A stretch of DNA of 61,638 bases, counting the filler, from Chiloscyllium plagiosum (lineage: Eukaryota), in assembly GCF_004010195.1 (NCBI RefSeq). It is 4 parts of one record of this genome, joined end to end, with 100 filler letters (N's around TTAATTAATTAA, not from the genome) between each part and the next. Parts side by side here need not be neighbours in the genome. Positions count along the whole stretch, not along the records: positions 1 to 20,183 come from NC_057710.1; positions 20,284 to 29,116 come from NC_057710.1; 2 more parts are not named here. One strand, given 5' to 3'. Positions 13,426 through 25,622 of this stretch are shown here, one piece after another. The number at the start of each line of letters is the position of its first letter. The stretch's first letter is position 1. Below the pieces are notes generated by a model. That model worked only from the letters and a program-made list of their open reading frames with translations. It searched no databases and was not told the origin of the DNA. The position numbers and the translations under genes were made by a program.

Positions 13426-14129
13426 ACATTGGAACCATCTGGATGATCCTGGGTAGATTCACCACCATCAATCCTTCTTGATGGTATCTAATTTAAGTGA
13501 CTGATACCATATGGGGAAGGATGTCTTCCGCCCAATAGCGATAAACATTAAATAGGTTTATTATATATTACTGAATAGTTAGCTATACTCAATTGACAAT
13601 ACATGGTGGTACTTGCGAGACATCAAGCTCAATGCAGGTATAGATTCACATTACAATCACTAAGACGTCTGAAACAGCGTTGGTGACAATCATAAAACTC
13701 CAACCTCTCTACGACTCTTGGAAAACCGGTTAACCCCGCCCTGTAACAAACCTTTGTGTCCTGATGGGAGCTTATTTGGTGATGTCATTTAACCCTTTCA
13801 AGTACGAACTGTTTTATACAATACTATTTTACCTGTATTTCCGTCATCCCTCCGTGAACTATCTATGAGTTTTTTAAATTAAAGATAGTACATAAATGCT
13901 AATTTATTCCTGTTGATTTACGCAAAAATGTTTCACATTTACGTATAATCTGTGCAACATTAAATCACTGTTAGTCACTGAACGGCGCATAATTCTCAAC
14001 ACACTTTGGGCTAATTTGTATATTTTAACATGTTAGTACCGGTCCAACAAGCTGTAATTCCCCTCAGAACAAATACCCCAGGAGACATTGCATGAAGGAG
14101 CCGTGGTGCTTCTTATTTGCATAAACGCT

Positions 14130-14487
14130 GACATCCTTCACAAGGTTGGCTCCTGCTTATCCCAGCTCCACTCACTCCTGTGAACGCTGTATGTGTGTCA
14201 TTCAAGTGGGTGGAAGCCTGCATCAGGCACATGTGCATTGAACAAAAACAACAGCACTTGTGTTCACTGAAGGTTGTTTATGGCTGTGAGTGAAGCTGAA
14301 AGTAAGAGCTCTGTTCTGTACTGGTGCTCCGAATGAAGAGGAGGCAGGAGAAAAGCAATGACTGTGGTGGAACTGTCTGTGCCTGCATGAAATGAAACAT
14401 TTACTCCCTACTCTTTTTTTTAGTTGGAAGCTTGAAATTTGGGTTCTGTGACACTCTTCGTTGGTTTTAGCTGTACATTTTCGAAAG
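14130..14487 (+). other. Putative non-coding first exon of an unidentified gene (5' boundary uncertain)
   Basis: Repeat-free, UTR-like sequence downstream of an octamer motif, ending in the donor AAG|GTATGC (GT at 14488-14489) and followed by CpG-rich sequence. Confidence 0.4.
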
Positions 14488-15064
14488 GTATGCTTCCCTT
14501 TTTTTTAACGACTTAATGAAATAGGACAAGTAATCTGTGCTAAATCGGTGTTTCTGTTTTGTGTTGCATTCAGCCTAAAGGGTGGATTTGGTTGATGACT
14601 ATAAGCGACCCTTTTTACTTTGTGCGGTTTGGATTGATAGAAATGAAAGCGAAGCAACACAGAATGGGATGCACATCAAATTGATTGCAAACTTGCCGAG
14701 AGCTTCTTGCCCGATACGTGCGTCGCTGCAGATGAGGGCAGTCTGCCGACAGTGTATTTTCAGACGAGTCTGAATAAGTAATTTAAAAAAAATAGTCCCA
14801 AATTAGCGGGGTTTACGTCTTCTTGCTCCTTTGTTTACAAAGGACAACAGAATGAGTCCGAAACAAGTAGAAAGTTCTTAAAATAAATATGCTCGCGAAA
14901 AAAAAACATTAAAATAGTCAAAAACGCATCAGATGCAAGGTTAGTGATGGATTGTGAGATCTGGTTGTGGATTTTTCTAGCAATCACGTTTATTTCTCTG
15001 TTCTTTTGCATCAGCTTGGTAGTACTTTTTGCCACGAACTCAGATGGCTGTGGCTTCAAACCAA

Positions 15065-15420
15065 TACTTTAGCCGAGCTAGCACTCCGCCGGGAGTGCTG
15101 TCCTTTGGATGAGGCATTGCACTGAAGCCAGGCTGGTTCGATGGACATTAGGGATTTTCCTGCACTGTTTTTGAAGGGGAGCAGCAAGTTTTTTCTGGTA
15201 TAAAGCTGGCTAGCATTTCTTACAACTGAACCACCACTATCCAGAAGCAGAATGACGGCTCATTTCATCGCGTTTCGTTGCGTTGTTTTAAAATAGTTGT
15301 CTCATGAGGCTGCATAGCAGCAGCAACTGCACTTGTGAAGTAATTCATTGTATGTGAAGCATTTTCCAGTGCGCCCGGACAGTGCCTCGAAAAGCGAAGT
15401 AAATGATTCCTTTCCCTTCT
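15065..15420 (+). mobile_element. Ancient Deu-domain SINE remnant inside the CpG-rich zone
   Basis: gtgctgtcctttggatgagg, gaaggggagcag and aagtaattcattgtatgtgaagcatttt resemble the AmnSINE/SacSINE body and tail. Confidence 0.55.
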
Positions 15421-16369
15421 GTCGAATGAACAAAATAAGGCACGAAGTGTGATGTGTAATGGAAGAGTTAATAGACCTGATGAGTAATGAATACGCTGCT
15501 AAAGCGCGGTGACAACAATTTCCCGCCAGTCTCTCCTGAATGACAGGTATTAGGGCTTGAGCAGTACTCACCCAGCTAAGATGTGAAGCTATTCACGGGG
15601 AGATAAGAGTAAGCTACATATAACAGGATTTAACAAGATGTAGAGTAGAATAACCATATTTCTTACTGGTAATAAAAACTTACTTGAACCTGTAAATTTG
15701 GATACCTGATTGTAAAGTGTACTTTGAAATCTAATTAATGGAGAATAGGATTACAGAATATTCCAGTGATTCTATTAATTGTATAGGCGGATTGATGTTT
15801 GTGTAGCAATGCATATTTTATTTTATTTTTTGGAATGTGGTTAAGTTTGATTATATATTAGGAATGCGCGCTGGTCTACTGGGAGAGTGGAATGCAATAA
15901 CATATTTGAGATTGTTGGTTATCTGTGGTACTGTACATTGTAACAACTTATAAACCTTGCATTTTTCCATTGTTTTTATTCTTGCAGCCCTAATTTGCAT
16001 ATTTGAATTTCTATCAGTGTCATTTATATTGTAGTAGTGTAAATATCCTTGTGTCGAAAATGCCTTGGGATGTTTTCCTACATTAAAGGCAATAATCAAA
16101 TGCAAGCTGTGGTTACTGTGAATATTATCTGAGGCTGAATCAAGTCATTTTTGACTGTATGGTATAGTAAGTGAGAGTGAATGCACATTAAGAAGCACTT
16201 AAGAAACTGCTGCGGGCAGATCTCAAGGCAAGTAGAAAGTGCAGAGTTTTCTCATCTATTGTGCAAACAGATTTGTGGCACAGTGTAAATAGAAACAAAA
16301 GTCTTGTTTATTTAAAAGATTAACCTATCACAGAGAAAGGTAAAACTAATTGATCACAGAAGCAAGTAC

Positions 16370-17100
16370 AACATTGGAAACCATTCTGCAATCCACTTGA
16401 CTGGACCAAAAAGTTACTACTTCAAGTATCTATCCACTGTACATTTTTTCACATGGTCTTTTACTGCATCCCAGGGCAGTCCATTCAGCATACTCATTGT
16501 CTTTTGTGGAAAGTAGATCAAAACTTCCTGTCTTCTCCCCTTTGCAATATTTGAGCCTGTGACCCCTGGTTCTAGAGATTGTAACATCCCTGAATATATT
16601 ACCAGGGTTCAGTTTATCTGCTCTGGTGAGTGCCTTGACTACTAGAATAATACGTCACCTGAGCTTTCCTTTCTGCATGATACATAATTACACACTCTTC
16701 AGTTGTTCACTGTAGTTCATATGCTGCAGGTTAGTTATCAGGAGGCTTGCAACTGTTGTGTTTCCTGTGATGTATGACTATCCCCGCTATAATACTGGAG
16801 TTCTGCCGATGCTGTGACGATACCACATCACGGTACACTCATTGTCAACTCTCAGATTTGTGCTACATCATTTTATTATAAGTGCCTCGATCCAGTTAAT
16901 TTTTCTTATTGTTTTTGTCCACTGAGCAATTGATGTTAATTAATTATTTTACTGATTCCTCCCCAATTCCTTTGATTCCATAGATTAAAACATTTTATTT
17001 TATCTTCATATTGCTTACATCCATACCATAGCCACATTAATTAGCTTTGTTTACATTAAATTATATTTGCTTTTCATTGACCAACCTTTCAAATCTATAA
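16370..17100 (-). mobile_element. Very old CR1-like LINE remnant
   Basis: Reverse-orientation CR1 motifs (ggcagtccattcagca, gtgacccctggttcta, ctcttcagttgttcactgtagttcat, tttacattaaattatatttgc). Confidence 0.5.
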
Positions 17101-18077
17101 AAAAGCTTTGTATTTTCACACAGAATACAGATTCACACAGAGAGATTATTTGTACATGATATTGGAAGCTAATTACTTTATTTGTGAATCATTGACGTTT
17201 CAAACATTGTTTTTTATTGTCTTGCCTCACATTTGTTAAATATTTTGCCATGTATGCACCCTTACCTGAATAATACAGGAAACCTAGACCTATGTCAGTT
17301 TTAGCAAACAGCAATATGTTATTGGCTGCCAAGAAAAGTATGAAAATAATTGGAATTATTCAGTGGATGAATCCAGGCTTCCTTCTCTCCTTGATGAAAA
17401 TCCCACTGTTAGTAACAACATGACCAGGACTGGCAGAGCTACCTTATTGGAACTAAAGCAGAAAATCCAGATCCTTCACATCTTTTATCATGCTGGGATT
17501 CATTGCATAATTCTGAACCTCTTCTTGTTTGTAAAAGAATGGGAGAAATTATTCATAGAGACAGGATAATTCTATCTTACCCAGAAAAAGAAATCATAGG
17601 ACTCTATAAGAATAAGACTAATTCATGACAACAAAGTTATTAAGTAATGCTATTTGTAATACATGGGTTTCTGTTTAATTATGTACTTTTTCCCCATTGT
17701 GAGCTGGGACCTCGGCTATAGTGTTGTTAATGCAATAATGAACAGGATAATATAGATAAATGAAGAGATAGTTGTTGATGAGAGGCTACTTATCCAGTCT
17801 TTGGTTTTAGCAAGACAGACTTTAATGCTAAGGGAGTCACCAGTGCAGAGTAAAACCTTTTATTTAGTATTTTCACGTTTGTATGTTAGTCAGAATCAAT
17901 TGTACTTACCAATTTAGAACCAAACTTTAAACAAACAATGATAAGTATCTGCATCAGCTGTATGGTAAAGTTTTTACATAGGAAGATATAGAAGACATGA
18001 TTACCACTTTCAATTGTGAGCCATAACCACAAAAATTGATATGGATTTCATGCAAAAATGACTTTTGATATTCATAG

Positions 18078-18302
18078 GTGAAAGTGAGGACTGCAGGTGC
18101 TGGAGATCCGAGTCTAGATTAGAGCGGTGCTGGAAAAGCACAGCAGGTCAGGCAGCATCTGAGGAGCAGGAAAATCGACGTTTCGGGCAAAAGCCCTTCA
18201 TCAGGAATGAGGATGAAGGGTTTTGTCCGAAACGTCAATTTTCCTGCTCCTCGGATGCTGCCTGACCTGCTGTGTTTTTCCAGCACCACTCTAATCTAGA
18301 CT
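18078..18302. mobile_element. Head-to-head inverted PLE terminal-repeat insertion with HHR; 18-bp TSD
   Basis: Arms at 18111-18202 and 18212-18302. TSD gacttttgatattcatag at 18060-18077 and 18299-18316. Intact HHR on minus; the plus copy lacks the CT of CTGATGA. Confidence 0.92.
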
Positions 18303-19471
18303 TTTGATATTCATAGTCTATCTCATACAATGTTAAGTCATACTTGGCCTGATTTTGTTAGCATATATTTAATTTGGTTGTCAGAGGGTTGATATTTTTT
18401 GCAGAAGATGAATATTCTCACTAATGGAAACTAATATAGCACTTGTAGAAGTTGATAATTAAAGATCTTGGTATTCCAATAGATGAAATGTTTTTGATGT
18501 ATTCTTATTTTTCTGCATCAATGAATAATGCACCCTTATTTTTGATAATGGACAATGTGAAGTGCTGTCCTATAACAGAGTGATGCCAATTTTTTTGTAC
18601 AGCTGTTAGCTCAGGCTGGTGTATGGTCACTTTGAATAGTGATCCTTTTTTTGCGAGCTGTTTGTCTTCAGAAACAGGGAAGTAGCATTATGCCTCAGCA
18701 AGTGGAGTATGTTCTTGTTCAAGAGACAAATAAAATGCTCAGTCTTAAAATGTTGCCAACTTTATGCATTATTTGGATGCAAGATTTTTTTCATTAAGTG
18801 TTGGTTATGATTAATTTAGATCCAAATAAAAATAATCCTAACAAAAAGCTTCTCAGTTACAAATATGTTGCAGGTTTTTGTATAATTGGAATAGTGCAAG
18901 TAACAAGCTGTTGGGCGGGTTGAATGGGTATAAAATCTTTCTAGCTGCACCCAGATTACTAGGTCCTGGCATATGACTATAGACCTCATGAGAGTAATGG
19001 TTAAAAATAGCATAGATGTGAAACCACGTTCTCTGAAGAAATTTTTGCAAATAAAGTATATATGTTGGATTCCTTCCCAATCGCAAACCAATAATTTAAA
19101 ACATTACATGCTTCATCTTCAAGGTAGTCCTGCATAACTGTTTCATTTGTGCATTCTAATTATATATGTGTTTTCTGTTTAATTTTCCTAAATGCTACCC
19201 ACTTACGCAAGGGTATATGAATGATTGAATCCCAGTTGATCATATTTCTTGATAACAGATTTTAATTTTTAAAATTTTTTTTGGTTTTCAACTAAAGTAT
19301 TAATTATCTATTCAGAGTCATGTGTTGGTGCAAAACAGATCAGATATTATTTATTAAATAAGACTTTGTTCACAGTTTTAGGATGCTGGAAAAATATAGA
19401 TGTTATTCCTTATTATTTTGTGCTCAATATTTAACTGCACTGTCAGATTTATGAGTTTGTACTGCGATAAC

Positions 19472-19556
19472 AGATTGTATAATTGGTGCTTATAGTTACT
19501 TAGATGAGGAAAGATTGTATAATTGGTTCTTATAGTTATTTAAGTGAGGAAAGATT
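19472..19556. repeat. 40-bp tandem duplication
   Basis: agattgtataattggt(g/t)cttatagtta..tgaggaa occurs twice, followed by a partial third copy. Confidence 0.85.
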
Positions 19557-19709
19557 TCTTTTGTGCAATAGATTTATAATATTATAAATTTTATAAAAAA
19601 TGACTTAATTATTTCATCACACCCTACTGCACAGATATGTTTTTTCCTCAAAGTCAAAATGGTTGGTTGGTTGAACATAAATGATATCAGTGTTTCACAT
19701 CAGAAAACA

Positions 19710-19935
19710 TGAAAGTCACCATATCCCAGAGGACTGTAGGCTGCTGTCTCATTAGAAAGAGAGAGTCAGATGACTAGTGGTGAGTTTAAGCTGAGGGTCA
19801 CCACACCTCGGGCGAGGGATGAGGTTGAGAAGGCAGGGCCTTCATCGTGACCTCAGGTGGTACAGGAATTGAACCCTCGAAGTTGGCATCATTCAGCATC
19901 ACAAACCAGCTATTTAGTCTTTGAACTAACAGACT
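19710..19935 (-). mobile_element. tRNA-derived SINE, copy 2
   Basis: Homologous to 4107-4295; minus-strand B-box GGTTCAATTCC near 19866-19876. Confidence 0.7.
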
Positions 19936-20006
19936 CCAAAATCTACATGGAGAACTTTCAAGTTAAGAAGGGGTTAAACAGAATCATCAAGACAGTATAC
20001 GATAAG

Positions 20007-20484
20007 GAGAAAGTGAGGTCTGCAGATGCTGGAGATCAGAGCTGAAAATGTGTTGCTGGAAAAGCGCAGCAGGTCAGGCAGCATCCAAGGAACAGGAGAA
20101 TCGACAGAAGCCCTTCTTCAGGAATGAGGAAAATGTGTCCAGCAGGCTAAGATAAAAGGTAGGGAGGAGGGACTTGGGGGAGGNNNNNNNNNNNNNNNNN
20201 NNNNNNNNNNNNNNNNNNNNNNNNNNNTTAATTAATTAANNNNNNNNNNNNNNNNNNNNNNNNNNNNNNNNNNNNNNNNNNNNGCCTATCACCCTCACCT
20301 TGACCTCCCTCCACCTATCGCATTTCCAATGCCCCTCCCCCAAGTCCCTCCTCCCTACCTTTTATCTTAGCCTGCTGGACACACTTTCCTCATTCCTGAA
20401 GAAGGGCTTATGCCCGAAACGTCAATTCTCCTGTTCCTTGGATGCTGCCTGACCTGCTGCGCTTTTCCAGCAACACATTTTCAG
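20007..20484. mobile_element. Inverted PLE insertion spanning a scaffold gap; 14-bp TSD
   Basis: TSD cagtatacgataag at 19993-20006 and 20482-20495. Plus-strand HHR attcCTGAAGAagggcttatgcccGAAACGTC at about 20392-20423. Confidence 0.9.
20184..20283. other. Assembly gap with artificial linker (N44-TTAATTAATTAA-N44)
   Basis: The same 100-bp construct occurs three times; the linker has stop codons in all six frames. Confidence 0.97.
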
Positions 20485-20976
20485 TATACGATAAGAACAA
20501 GCTGGCTATATTTTTCACAAATTTTCCAACACTTATTAATTAGTAGATAGTGAATATAAATTTAATCACTTAAATGTTGTCAAATTGATATGTGCACTTC
20601 CAACAACGAATGCAAATTCATATATTGAATGCACTCAAGCACAAAATATTTGTACTTAAGTCACTCAATGAATGCATTTTACTTGTACATTATGTATTTG
20701 CATACCCTGCAACAATTTCAATTTTAAAGTAAACATTCTTTTTAAAATTAATTCAGGATGTGGGTATCACTGTCTAGGTCAGCATTTATTACCCTTCCCA
20801 AATTACTCAGAGCAGTTGAGAGTCAACATCATTGCTGTGGGAATAGAATTTGGGTTACCAATTTAGGAATAGTACCATTAAGTCATTGCCTCCCCTTATC
20901 TTTGTTAAAATTAAACCAAGTCTCTTTCTGCCCGAAGAAAAAAAATAATGGAAATGTGAAATAAAAATGAGAAGTC

Positions 20977-21298
20977 GTGTGGCACGGTGGCTCAGTGGTT
21001 AGCACTGCTGCCTCACAGCGCCAGGGACCCAGTTTCAACTCCTACCTCATGCGACTGTCTGTGTGGAGTTTGCACATTCTCCCTGTGTCTGCGTGGGTTT
21101 CCTCCTGGGTGCTCTGGTTTTCTCCCACATTCCAAAAGATGTGCAGGTTAGGTGAATTGGCCAGACTAAATTGCCCGTAGTGTTAGGTGCATTAGTCAGA
21201 AGTAAATGTAGGGAAATGGGTCTGGGTGGATTACTCCTTCGGAGGGTCGGTGTGGACTTGTTGGGTCGAAGGACCTGTTTCCACACTGTAGGGAATCT
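20977..21298 (+). mobile_element. HE1-type V-SINE (tRNA-derived, CR1-like tail)
   Basis: A-box tggctcagtgg, V-domain ctgtgtggagtttgcacattctccc, and tail gaaggacctgtttccacactgtaggga similar to the CR1 3' end at 665-700. Confidence 0.9.
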
Positions 21299-21469
21299 TA
21301 AAAGAAAGTCCCGGAAAATCTCAGCAGATCACGCAGTATCCATAGACAGAAACAGAGTTGATGTTTCTGATTCAGATGAAACATCAATTCTGTTTGCACA
21401 GATTCTGCCTGAACTGCTGTCCCAGGAACTGGTAAAAGATATTCACACGAAGAGCAGCGGGTAGATCCT

Positions 21470-21680
21470 TAGTGTTTTGCTTAATATTTATCATCGTTCA
21501 ATTTAATTGAAAACAAAGTATCTGATTATCGCATTGTTGTAGATGGCAACATTCTGTGCATAAATTGGTTTCTTCACTTCCTGTATTATAACAGGGACCC
21601 TACTTCAAAAAGCAGTGCAATGACTGTAAAGCATTTGATGTCATGAAACATGCTACATAAATGCAAATCTTTCTTTCTTA
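21470..21680 (+). mobile_element. Deu-domain SINE 3' remnant
   Basis: aatatttatc..ctgtgcataaattgg..ctacttcaaaa..ctgtaaagcattt..ataaatgcaaatctttc. Confidence 0.6.
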
Positions 21681-21770
21681 GCAATATGAACGACCTGATT
21701 AAATCTATGAAAACAAACCAGTTGAATGTGCTGGAAGTTTCTTGTTCTGGGTTGAATAATTTCTTCTTCT

Positions 21771-22010
21771 GAATTGAATTGAATTGAATTGAATTTATTG
21801 TCATGTGTAACGAGGCACAGTGAAAAGCTTTATCTTGCAAGCAATACAGGCAGATCACAGAGTTAAATAGCATAGATAAGTAAATAACAGGTAAACAGCA
21901 GCAAAAACAAAAACACAGGTACAGGCAAATGCTAAGAGTTTGTGAGTCCATTCAGTATCCTAACAACAGTAGGGTAGAAACTGTTTTGAAACTGGCTGGA
22001 TCCTCTTCCC
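21771..22010 (-). mobile_element. LINE 3' end (Rex1/Babar- or L2-like) with (AATTC)n tail
   Basis: Minus-strand peptide FQNSFYPTVVRILN. An AATAAA is followed by the pentamer tail, seen as (gaatt)5 at 21771-21795 on plus. Confidence 0.65.
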
Positions 22011-22019
22011 AAAGGCAGG

Positions 22020-22555
22020 TTGATATACAGTACCAGGACCTTTGGTACAATTAATTGGAGAGCCCTGGATAGTGCTGTAGAACAGAGAGACCTGGGACAT
22101 AGGCACATAATTTTTGAAATTTGTGTCACAGCTAGACAGGGTGGTTTAGAAGGCGTTTAGCATGCTTGTCTTCAATGTTCTTTTGAGTATAGGAATTGTG
22201 ATGTCATGTTGTGGTTGTGCAGGATGTTGGTGAGGCCTCTATTCGAGTACTGTATGCTGTTCTGGTCACCCTGCTATAAACTTTAGAGGATTCAGAAAAG
22301 GTTTACCAGGATGTTCCTGAGAATGGAGGGTTTGAAATATAAGAATAGACTGGAAAGATTGGGATAGTTTTCACTAGCATGTAGGAGGTTGAGGGGTGAC
22401 CTTATTGAGGTTAATAAAATCATGAAGGGCATAGATACAGTGAATGACAAGGCTCTTTTCCCTAGGGTGGGGAAGTTCAAAACTTGCAGGCACATTTTTA
22501 GGGTGAGAAGAGAAAAGATTTAAAAAGGACATGAGGGGCAACGTTTTTACACAGA
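22020..22555 (+). mobile_element. CR1 3' fragment
   Basis: Colinear with the CR1 at 1-500 (gagtatagga, ttggtgaggcc, ttctggtc, gaggggtgacctta, ggggcaacgttttt). Confidence 0.88.
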
Positions 22556-22557
22556 TT

Positions 22558-22857
22558 GGTTTGATTCCACCCTTGGGTGACTGTCCATGTGGAGTTTGCA
22601 TGTTCGCCCCGTATCTGCCTGAGTTTCCATCAGGTGCTCCGGTTTCCATCCACAGTCCAAAGGTGTGCAAGTGAAGTGGATTGGTCATGCTAATTCACCC
22701 ATAGTGTTTGGGAAAGTCTAGGTTAAGTGCTATAGCCATGCGAAATGCAAGGTTACAGGGATGGGTTAGGAGGATGGGTCTGGCTGGGATGCTGTTTGGA
22801 GGGTCAGTATGGACTCTTTGGGCTGAATGGCCTGTATCCATTCTGTAGGGACTCTAT
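22558..22857 (+). mobile_element. HE1-type V-SINE, 5'-truncated
   Basis: gtggagtttgcatgttc V-domain and gggctgaatggcctgtatccattctgtagggactcta tail. Confidence 0.8.
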
Positions 22858-25409
22858 AAAATCTCCAGTGGATGACTAGAGCCTCTTTAACAATGACAAA
22901 TATAAGGGAAGAATTTGCTTAGTGCTGATATAATTCACCCGAGGAAGGTAGTGACCTGTACCGTTGCCTTCTCAGGTGAATCGATGTAAATGAAAGAAGT
23001 GCCCCTACATCACTTCAATATATTGGAGCCAACTTTAGAAATTTGCCACAACGTCCAGTATTGAACATGTAACCAGGAGTAAACTGGCCTGGGTAGAACA
23101 GCAAGGTCTGAATCTGCCTTTTGGATTTTGTGCTTTTACAACACTTTATGTATAATATGTACATGTAGTAATCTTTTAGTTAATTTAAAACACAAGCTAA
23201 TTTGCTTTAAGCTGCTGTCAAACCTGTGTTGTATAATTTTACATATTTTTAGTACATTCTTATTTTCTTTTGAATTCAATCTGTATTTGAATATTCTTTC
23301 AGACTACCAATTTATTTCTGTGCTACATAAGATTTCATTGCAAGTTATTTTTGCATTTTGTATCTATTACTATAAAAAAGTTCAGCACAAGATAGAACAG
23401 ATGTGAATGTTGGCAATGTGACTGCATCAGCAGACACATCCTTCATTTGGATGTAAATTTTAATGGCATTATGAAAAGGATTAATTAGGTCTGCAGGAGA
23501 TTGAAATGCACTCTCTTTTACTTCTCTATTCCTGTCTCTCAGTAGGGATGTAATTTTCTGCCATTATCATTTATTTCTGTATCGCTCTGGCTTGCACTGT
23601 CCTGAATACAATCACTGTGAGACCAGATTGCAAGATGTATCACACCCCAGTCTCCCAAAGAATCCATCTAAAAGCTTATAAACTGATTTGAAACTATAAA
23701 AGCCTCGATTAGGAGCTAGTTATTGTTGAGGATCCTGGTAGTCACTATTAAAGTAATGTGGCTCAAGCGCCAGATAAAATATTTATTTTCAAGGAGCTAT
23801 TGCAAATGCATGGCTTTGGGTAAAAGAAGTAGCATGCGTATGCACTGATGGTGAGACTGGAATGAACCAAATTTAGAAACAGTGAATATTCAAACTCCCA
23901 GCATTATCTGGATAGGTTTGTGCCATATATTGTGTGTACCACAGTACCATCATTGACCATACAATTAACAACTATATTCTATTGATGACCACATAGAGAA
24001 ATTTTGATGGTACAGTAATGCATAATACTATATTAAACATTTCCTAACAATCTGGCAAATTTGCAGGAATAGTATCTTGAAAGAGAACAGAAGAATACCA
24101 ATTATTTTAATAATATCATGCTTTCTAATCAACTGAGATAAAAGCAAGTCTGTGGAAGCTTCATTGAACTCAAGATCTCTGAACCCTTATAAAATTCCCC
24201 CTATATACACATACAGCAAGACAAAGGAATGGTGCTGTGGGTGGAGGGAAAGACTGGGAAGGTGGTTCAATGGTCCCTGTTTGCTGAGATGATCATTTTG
24301 ACTTGTCAAACCTTGCTGCTATTCGATCTCTCTTCTTGAGTATTTTCACTTGTTTTCAGAAGGCACAGAGCGGCTGGTTCTGTCTTATCAGTTAAGTGCC
24401 ACAGCTTACTGCTAATAAGGGGAAATAAACTGATTTTCTTAAGGATTGAAGTGTTTTTACTGCAGAAAGAAGGACAGCTTCTTCCTTCTCAGAGGTCCAA
24501 CGGCTTTTCAGCAAAGATTCACAGCCACAAGTTGTTCAGCTACCTGGGAGCAAATCATTATTATTGTTGGCAGGCAGAAAGCCTTTGTCATCAATAGTGG
24601 TTCATCATCACTTCCTCGACCAAACAGGTACTTGTTGCTGGCTGAATTTCCATTCGTCCACATCACTTCGCTCCAGCTCGTGTAACTAGATCTGCTCCCC
24701 ACCCAAGCCCGGCCCATCCACCCCAATGCTTAACGAAAAAAAGCAGTGTAAACAGCACTTAAAATGAATATCAAGTATCTTGCTTTTAAAAGGGCATTTA
24801 ACATAATTGGTTTTCAAAACAGAACTTTACCCAATACAGTTCTCAATAAGAAATACTTTTAAAATCAGAAGAAAAGATCTTTACCACAGCCGCTTGACAA
24901 AGGGAGTAAACCTCAACACATTTTGCAAAAGAAGGGAGAGCAACTGGATGTTACAGTCCACTTTGACAGCAAATGAAAGTTTGAAGCCCTGAAAATTAAT
25001 TTAAGAGATTAGAAGTGATATTTAGAAGCAGGACTTCACGGTTAATCATCTCAGGGCTATATCAGGTAAAGTGTTTGAAAGGGTTGATGATGGAGACTAT
25101 AAATCGAGTTCAAGAATCTAATGGGATTAAATGCATCATCTGTGGCTTCTGATAATCTTAAGAATTATGTCGAACTAACCACTATAACCTGTACCCATTG
25201 CTAACTTGCAAAGAACTATAGTTTGTTGTAAAGTGCCTCCTCTTGTTGAGATTCACTAGTGATTTATCCTCCAATGCTGTTAACGAAACAGGTCCTTAGG
25301 TCCAGTATCACAGATATACAAAAGTGTTACAATGTAGAACGAGGTTATTTGGTGCATTGTGTCTGCAATGGCCTTCCAAATTTAATTTCTTCAGCCAAGG
25401 ATGGTTATT

Positions 25410-25622
25410 CCGTGGAAGTCATCGCCAAAGAAAGCTGTGGAGGCCATGTCTTTGAACGTATTTAAGACAGAGATCGACAGGTTTTTGATTAGTAAGGGAA
25501 CAAGGGTTATTGGGAGAAGTCAGGAGAAAAGGGTTGAGAACATATCAGTCATGATCAAACTGCAGAGCAGACCGGATAGGCTGAATGATCTAATTCTGCT
25601 CCTATGTTTTATGGTCTTATGA
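25410..25622 (+). mobile_element. CR1 3' end
   Basis: ORF KAVEAMSLNVFKTEIDRFLISKG and tail ttatggtcttatg. Confidence 0.85.

Larger units (their letters stand above)
13500..15600. promoter_or_regulatory. CpG-retaining, AT-rich putative non-methylated island / promoter region
   Basis: About 38 CpG counted by eye in 14581-15600, against only a few per kb in flanking unique DNA. Octamer ATTTGCAT near 14115-14122. Confidence 0.55.

Noticed and set aside
20228..20239. TTAATTAATTAA palindrome inside N runs (also 29161-29172 and 38144-38155)
   Set aside because: Artificial six-frame-stop gap linker; it also creates false ends for ORFs 29161-30837 and 37620-38147.
20977..21060. tRNA genes at SINE heads (also 41722, 57245, 60108)
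   Set aside because: The A/B boxes continue into a V-SINE body and LINE-like tail; these are SINEs, not tRNAs.
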